Assembly (NCBI GenBank): GCA_035718125.1
Contig: DASTHP010000188.1
Coordinates: 1 to 29,450, forward strand
Direction of reading: 5' to 3'
DNA from: Burkholderiales bacterium
GTDB lineage: Bacteria > Pseudomonadota > Gammaproteobacteria > Burkholderiales > SG8-39
Length of the DNA: 29,450 bases
Shown: in pieces, positions 25,200 through 29,450 of the stretch
How the letters are laid out: each line of letters opens with the position of its first letter
How positions within the stretch are numbered: position 1 is the stretch's first letter
The notes under the pieces: model-generated
The model's input: only the letters and a program-made list of their open reading frames with translations
The model's database searches: none
What the model was told of the DNA's origin: nothing
Program-made: the position numbers and the translations under genes

Positions 25200-26876
25200 T
25201 TGCGCATCCTTGCGGCGTGCATTGCCCTGTCGCTCCTGGCTGGATGCGGCGCGGCTGGCGAGGACGAGGGCGGCGTTGGCGCAAACCCTGCGCCAACGCA
25301 GACGATCGCCGCCAGCCGGATCATCGATGAGAGCGGCGGCACCATCGCGGTGACCGGGTCCTCGCCGATCGCCGGCACGCAAGCCGTGTTCCCGGCGGGT
25401 GCCCTGCCAGGGGCGACCACGATCACCATCAGCCACATCACCAGCGCAGCCGGCGTTCCCGACGACGTCCTGGTGGTCGAGCTGGGCCCGGCGGGCACGG
25501 CGTTCTCGCAACCCGTGACCATGACCGTCAAGTACTTGCCGCAGTACCTCACCAACCGCGGCATCGGCGACCCGGCGACCTTGAAAGTCGTCGCGCTGAG
25601 CGCGGGCGCGGCCGGCGATACGCTGCGCACGGTGTCGCAGAACACGTCGCAGGGCACGGTGAGCGCGCAGGCCGCGCGCGCCGGCCGCTTCGCCGTGCTG
25701 GGCTACTCGAATGCCACCCTGTCGGGGAGTTACGGCTTCAACTTCACCATCATGGACGCCCGCTTCGGGTCGCCGGGCGTGATCGACGTCGACGTCCCCA
25801 GGACGCCATTCGCGGGCACGGTCACCGTGCCGTTCCCCGGCTATGCGTTCGCCTCCGAACTGGGGACGATCACCTTCGACGGCGCAGGAAACTATTCCTG
25901 GTCCGGAATCCGCAACAATGGCGGCACGCCGACCGCGGTCTCGGGCAGCGGAACCTACAGCGTCGACGCCGACGGCAGGCTGGCGCTGGACATCGGCCCG
26001 TCCGGCAACGTGCTCGCCGGCGGCAGCACCTTCGTGCTTACGTCGACCAGCGGGGACGTAGTGGAGATGGGCGTAGGCGTGAAGCTCGCCGGCGCGTACG
26101 GCAACGCCAGCCTCAGCGGCAGCTACGGCATCGCGCACCATTATTCCGATGCCAACGCCGGGCCGCTGAGCACGATTGCGCTCGATATTCCCAGAACGCC
26201 CTACAGCACCACCGTCAACGTGCCCTTCCCCGCGTACGCATTCAATACCGAACTGCGCGCGGCGACATTTGACGGTGCGGGCGGTTACAGCTGGTCGGGA
26301 ACGCGCAATCGGGGCGGCGTCGTCAGCGCGGTGTCGGGCAGCGGCACCTACGCCGTCGCCGCGGATGGAACCCTGACGCTGGACAGCGGGCTGAACGGAC
26401 ACCTCCTCGCCGGCGGCGGCACCTTCGTCCTGGCGGCGACGAGCGGACAGCCGATGGAGATCGGCGTAGGCCTGAGAAGGGGAGGGAATTTCAGTGCCGC
26501 CAGCCTCGGAGGCACCTATGCTGTCACGTTCTACTACTCCGACCCGGGAGCCGCGCCGGCCGGCACGATCAACATCAGCATTCCGCGCACGCCGTTCAGC
26601 GGCACTTTCGCAGTGCCGTTCCCGCTCGCCGCATTCAGCACCGAATTGCGCACCGTGACCTTCAACGGCACGGGCAGCTACAGCTGGTCCGGAATCCGCA
26701 ACCGTGGCGGCGTATCGAGCCCGGTGTCGGGGAACGGCACCTACGCCGTCGCCGCGGACGGGACGCTGACGACCGACGGCGGTCTTGCCGGGAACGTACT
26801 CGCCGGCGGCAGCACGTTCGTCCTCACATCGACCAGCGGCCAGGCCATGAGGATCGGCGTCGGCTTGCTCAGGTAG
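25200..26876 (+). CDS. Lipoprotein with a ZU5-like domain and three tandem ~131-aa beta-rich repeats
   Basis: TTG start; lipobox LLAG-C; ZU5-like GGTI...FPAGAL...ELGPAGTAFSQPVTMT; three clear internal repeats. Confidence 0.82.
   Translation: MRILAACIALSLLAGCGAAGEDEGGVGANPAPTQTIAASRIIDESGGTIAVTGSSPIAGTQAVFPAGALPGATTITISHITSAAGVPDDVLVVELGPAGTAFSQPVTMTVKYLPQYLTNRGIGDPATLKVVALSAGAAGDTLRTVSQNTSQGTVSAQAARAGRFAVLGYSNATLSGSYGFNFTIMDARFGSPGVIDVDVPRTPFAGTVTVPFPGYAFASELGTITFDGAGNYSWSGIRNNGGTPTAVSGSGTYSVDADGRLALDIGPSGNVLAGGSTFVLTSTSGDVVEMGVGVKLAGAYGNASLSGSYGIAHHYSDANAGPLSTIALDIPRTPYSTTVNVPFPAYAFNTELRAATFDGAGGYSWSGTRNRGGVVSAVSGSGTYAVAADGTLTLDSGLNGHLLAGGGTFVLAATSGQPMEIGVGLRRGGNFSAASLGGTYAVTFYYSDPGAAPAGTINISIPRTPFSGTFAVPFPLAAFSTELRTVTFNGTGSYSWSGIRNRGGVSSPVSGNGTYAVAADGTLTTDGGLAGNVLAGGSTFVLTSTSGQAMRIGVGLLR
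25704..26873 (+). repeat. Three intragenic tandem repeats, period 393 bp (131 aa)
   Basis: Units start at 25704 (YSNATLSGSY), 26097 (YGNASLSGSY) and 26490 (FSAASLGGTY). Shared PRTP[FY], VPFP, YSWSG.RN.GG, SG.GTY.V.ADG and LAGG.TFVL motifs. Confidence 0.92.
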
Positions 26877-26895
26877 CGCGAGGATCACCGGCACC

Positions 26896-27780
26896 ATGAG
26901 CGACTCCACGTTGGCCCAGGAGCGCGTGCGCGAGTACTGGGACGGCAGTCCGTGCGATTCGGACCAGAGCGACCGGACCCGGTTGTCGCGCGAGTACTTC
27001 CTGGATATCGAGCGCCAGCGCTACGCGCTGCAACCGCACATCCTCGATGTCCTTGCGAAGATCGATTGGCGCGGCAAGCGCGTCCTCGAAATCGGCTCCG
27101 GGCTGGGCACTGATGCACGCTTCATCATCGGCAAGGGCGGTGACTACACCGGCATCAACGTCGATCGAGCGTCGACCGAGGCGACTGCGCAGGCCTTGCG
27201 GGCCTTCTCGCTCCCCGGCCGCGTGCTGCAACGCGACGCGACCTGCCTTGATTTCCCGGACGGTGCTTTCGACGTGGTGTACTCATTCGGCGTGCTGCAC
27301 CATATCCCCGCGGCCGACAGGGCCGTTGCCGAGATCCATCGCGTGCTCAAGCCCGGGGGCGAGCTGCTGGTGATGCTGTACAACCGCACCTCGGTCAACT
27401 ACGCAGTCGAGATCCTGTTCCTGCGCAAGCTGGCCTTGCGTGTCCTGTGCCTGCCGGGCGCGATCGCCTTGCTCGCGCAGTTGGGATTCCCGCGCGGCAA
27501 GCTGGAACGTCACCGGGCGCTGGCGCGGCAGCTCGGCCGCATGCGGGCGGACGAGTGGCTGAGCCGGAACACCGACGGGCCGGACAACCCGCACTCCACG
27601 GTCTACGACGCGGCGCAGGCTTCAGCGCTGCTGTCTGCGTTCCGCGTCAAGGCAAGCGAGATTCGCTTCTTCGATCATCGGCACTGGGGCGTGTTGGGCC
27701 GCCTGCTGCCGGGCCGCGTCACGCGCGCGCTGGGCAGGCGCTGGGGCTGGCATCGCATCGTGCATGCGGTGAAAGACTGA
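26896..27780 (+). CDS. Class I SAM-dependent methyltransferase
   Basis: Motif I VLEIGSGLG; FPDGAFDVVYSFGVLHH and RVLKPGG; SD AGGA. Confidence 0.9.
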   Translation: MSDSTLAQERVREYWDGSPCDSDQSDRTRLSREYFLDIERQRYALQPHILDVLAKIDWRGKRVLEIGSGLGTDARFIIGKGGDYTGINVDRASTEATAQALRAFSLPGRVLQRDATCLDFPDGAFDVVYSFGVLHHIPAADRAVAEIHRVLKPGGELLVMLYNRTSVNYAVEILFLRKLALRVLCLPGAIALLAQLGFPRGKLERHRALARQLGRMRADEWLSRNTDGPDNPHSTVYDAAQASALLSAFRVKASEIRFFDHRHWGVLGRLLPGRVTRALGRRWGWHRIVHAVKD

Positions 27781-27797
27781 GGCAGCGGACCCCCATC

Positions 27798-28649
27798 GTG
27801 CGCCGTCTCCTGCGCGCAGCCCTATTGCTCAGCCTCACCCTGGCCGTGACGCCATCCGGCGCGCAACGGGGATTCAGCGATGCGGCTGGCGCCACATTTG
27901 CCTGCCTGTTCGAAAGCTTGCCGGAAACCTGCGGCTTCACCGAGCAATCCGGGGGAGCGGGACGCGTCTCGCTGGTGCGCGTCGCCGGCATGAACGGCGT
28001 GCGCCTGCACACCAGGCCCGGCGACAGCCACGTCCATGGCAGCCGCACGGCCGAGCGCGCCGACTTGCAGCTATCGCAGCAGGCGAGCGATTGCTTCGAG
28101 GGCCGCGAGCACTGGTGGGCGCATTCGGTCCTGTTTCCCGACGACTACGTCGCGCCGCCCGAAAGCACGGCGACGCATTGGCACTTCGGCGTGGTCGCCG
28201 ATTTCCACAACACCGCACGCGGTGCCGGTCAGGCCAACTTCCAGGTGAACGCGATGCCGGCGACCGCGAGTGCGCCGGACCGGGCCACCGGCCTGGGCTT
28301 CCAGATCGCCCACGGCGACCAGCAGCACCCGAGCATTTACTACGCGCCCATCGGTCCGGTGGTGAAGAACGTGTGGTACCACTTCGTCTACCACGTGCAG
28401 TGGTCCTCTGCCGCCGACGGCTACTTCGACGCATGGGTGAACGGCGTGCAGAAGATGGCCTATCGCGGACCCACGCTGTACCCGGGGCAAGGCTGCTACT
28501 TCAAGCTCGCCAACTATCACAGCGCCTTCGGCAAGCCCTCCTCGGTGATGCATGGGCGCGTGGTCCGCGGCGCCACGCCGGGCGCCGTGTCCCCCGGTCC
28601 GCTGGAAGGCCTCTTCCACTTGCGCCAGGCGTCGCGCAGCGGCAGGTAG
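27798..28649 (+). CDS. Secreted polysaccharide lyase-like protein (heparin lyase I / Polysacc_lyase-like jelly roll)
   Basis: GTG start; signal peptide MRRLLRAALLLSLTLAVTPSGA; ERADL, WWAHSVLFPDDY, WYHFVYHVQWSSAADGYFDAWVNG and YFKLANYH. Confidence 0.72.
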   Translation: MRRLLRAALLLSLTLAVTPSGAQRGFSDAAGATFACLFESLPETCGFTEQSGGAGRVSLVRVAGMNGVRLHTRPGDSHVHGSRTAERADLQLSQQASDCFEGREHWWAHSVLFPDDYVAPPESTATHWHFGVVADFHNTARGAGQANFQVNAMPATASAPDRATGLGFQIAHGDQQHPSIYYAPIGPVVKNVWYHFVYHVQWSSAADGYFDAWVNGVQKMAYRGPTLYPGQGCYFKLANYHSAFGKPSSVMHGRVVRGATPGAVSPGPLEGLFHLRQASRSGR

Positions 28650-29359
28650 ATCCGGCCCCTGAGCGTGACCGGGACGGTGCAATCGTAGGTCCGCTCGACG
28701 CGGCCGCCGAAGCTCCTCTTGAAATTGTTGATGCCGGCGTGCTCGGTGGCGGCTTCGTCCTCGAACAGCCCGCCCCAGTCATAGCGCGCGAGGCCCAGCT
28801 GCCTGAACTGCAGCATGTCCTTCCAGTGCAGCCAGCGATTGGCGCGGCCGACGAGTGCGCGATAGTCGTTCTCCCGGTCGCGGAAGCAGGAGCCCGAGTA
28901 CTGCAGCCACGCGGCGTTGCCGGCGGACCCGTAGGCGTGCCAGACCAGCGTCTCGCCCTGCCGGGAAGCCCTCGTGAGAACGAGCTGGCCCGCGTCGCAG
29001 GCGGCGCGCAGCCATTGCCCGTCGCACGTTTCGTGCGCCTTCTGCCGGGCGAATGTGTCGAAGAACGCGCGGAATTCCTCCAAGCGGCTTTCCGGATCAG
29101 CGATGAACTCCCACGACAATTCGTCCTTCGCATCGGCCCGCCTCACCTGGTACCGGCAGACCTTGCCGAACTCGCCGATGAGCGCGACTTCGGCGGCGGC
29201 AAGGTCCGTCACCAGGGACAGAAACGGCGTGCAGCGCGCACCCGCGACCGGAGCCTGCCGGCAGCGGTAGCGCAGAATGTCCACGCCGGGATCCCGGGGC
29301 GGTGCCTCGCCGAACCACAGCTCGCCGTAGGTTGCTGCCGAGCCCCTGATGCGGATCAT
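28517..29359 (-). CDS. FemAB-like GNAT-fold protein
   Basis: ATG 29359 overlaps the upstream stop (ATGA). RYQVRRA, RANRWLHWKDM, RYDWGG and GINNFKRSFGG match the FemABX-type C-terminal GNAT pattern. Confidence 0.72.
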   Translation of the reverse strand: MIRIRGSAATYGELWFGEAPPRDPGVDILRYRCRQAPVAGARCTPFLSLVTDLAAAEVALIGEFGKVCRYQVRRADAKDELSWEFIADPESRLEEFRAFFDTFARQKAHETCDGQWLRAACDAGQLVLTRASRQGETLVWHAYGSAGNAAWLQYSGSCFRDRENDYRALVGRANRWLHWKDMLQFRQLGLARYDWGGLFEDEAATEHAGINNFKRSFGGRVERTYDCTVPVTLRGRIYLPLRDAWRKWKRPSSGPGDTAPGVAPRTTRPCITEEGLPKAL

Positions 29360-29450
29360 GCGTGCGCCAGCCGTGCCATGCTCGGTGCCGCGCGCGGCGA
29401 ACGCAGCCAATGCTCCCGGAACTCGCCGAGCGTCATGCCGCGGCACCAGG
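29356..29450 (-). CDS. 3' end of an upstream gene cut by the window edge; product unknown
   Basis: Open frame WCRGMTLGEFREHWLRSPRAAPSMARLAHA* whose TGA overlaps the ATG of the FemAB-like gene. Confidence 0.55.
   Translation of the reverse strand, partial: WCRGMTLGEFREHWLRSPRAAPSMARLAHA

Overview
A GC-rich (about 70% by eye) chromosomal window with betaproteobacterial gene content. No rRNA, tRNA, IS/transposase, prophage or CRISPR array was recognised. The left part (1-5962) carries a class II aldolase plus GNAT operon, a lytic transglycosylase, a serine-hydrolase lipoprotein, a small secreted protein, csbD, a sensor-less REC-HisKA_3 kinase and a PhoB-like regulator that has lost its phospho-acceptor Asp. 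The right part (5963-29450) is a Methylobacillus-type eps / PEP-CTERM-associated, Wzx/Wzy-dependent exopolysaccharide locus. It holds a WcaJ/EpsB priming transferase, the LuxR-type regulator EpsA, a degenerate PEP-CTERM protein, epsE-F-G, a Wzy/ligase, a flippase, three GT4 enzymes, a WbpP-like epimerase, an AsnB-type amidotransferase, a heparinase II/III-like protein, an AlgD-like dehydrogenase, a ZU5 plus triple-repeat lipoprotein, a methyltransferase, a secreted polysaccharide lyase and an oppositely oriented FemAB-like GNAT. The main unannotated signals are regulatory. (1) A 16-bp CRP-geometry dyad (KGTKC-N3-AGC-GTACM) occurs four times, each exactly 21 nt before a -10-like hexamer (class II, -41.5 position), including in front of epsA. 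(2) A second dyad (GTCC-N4-GGAC) lies 32-33 nt before -10-like hexamers at three internal EPS promoters. (3) EpsG carries a complete MshEN-type c-di-GMP motif fused to a Walker-A K-to-R BY-kinase domain with no tyrosine cluster. (4) Several genes show leaderless promoter architecture. Together these suggest a CRP/FNR-family factor -> EpsA -> EPS cascade with possible c-di-GMP gating. This model is inference from sequence only.
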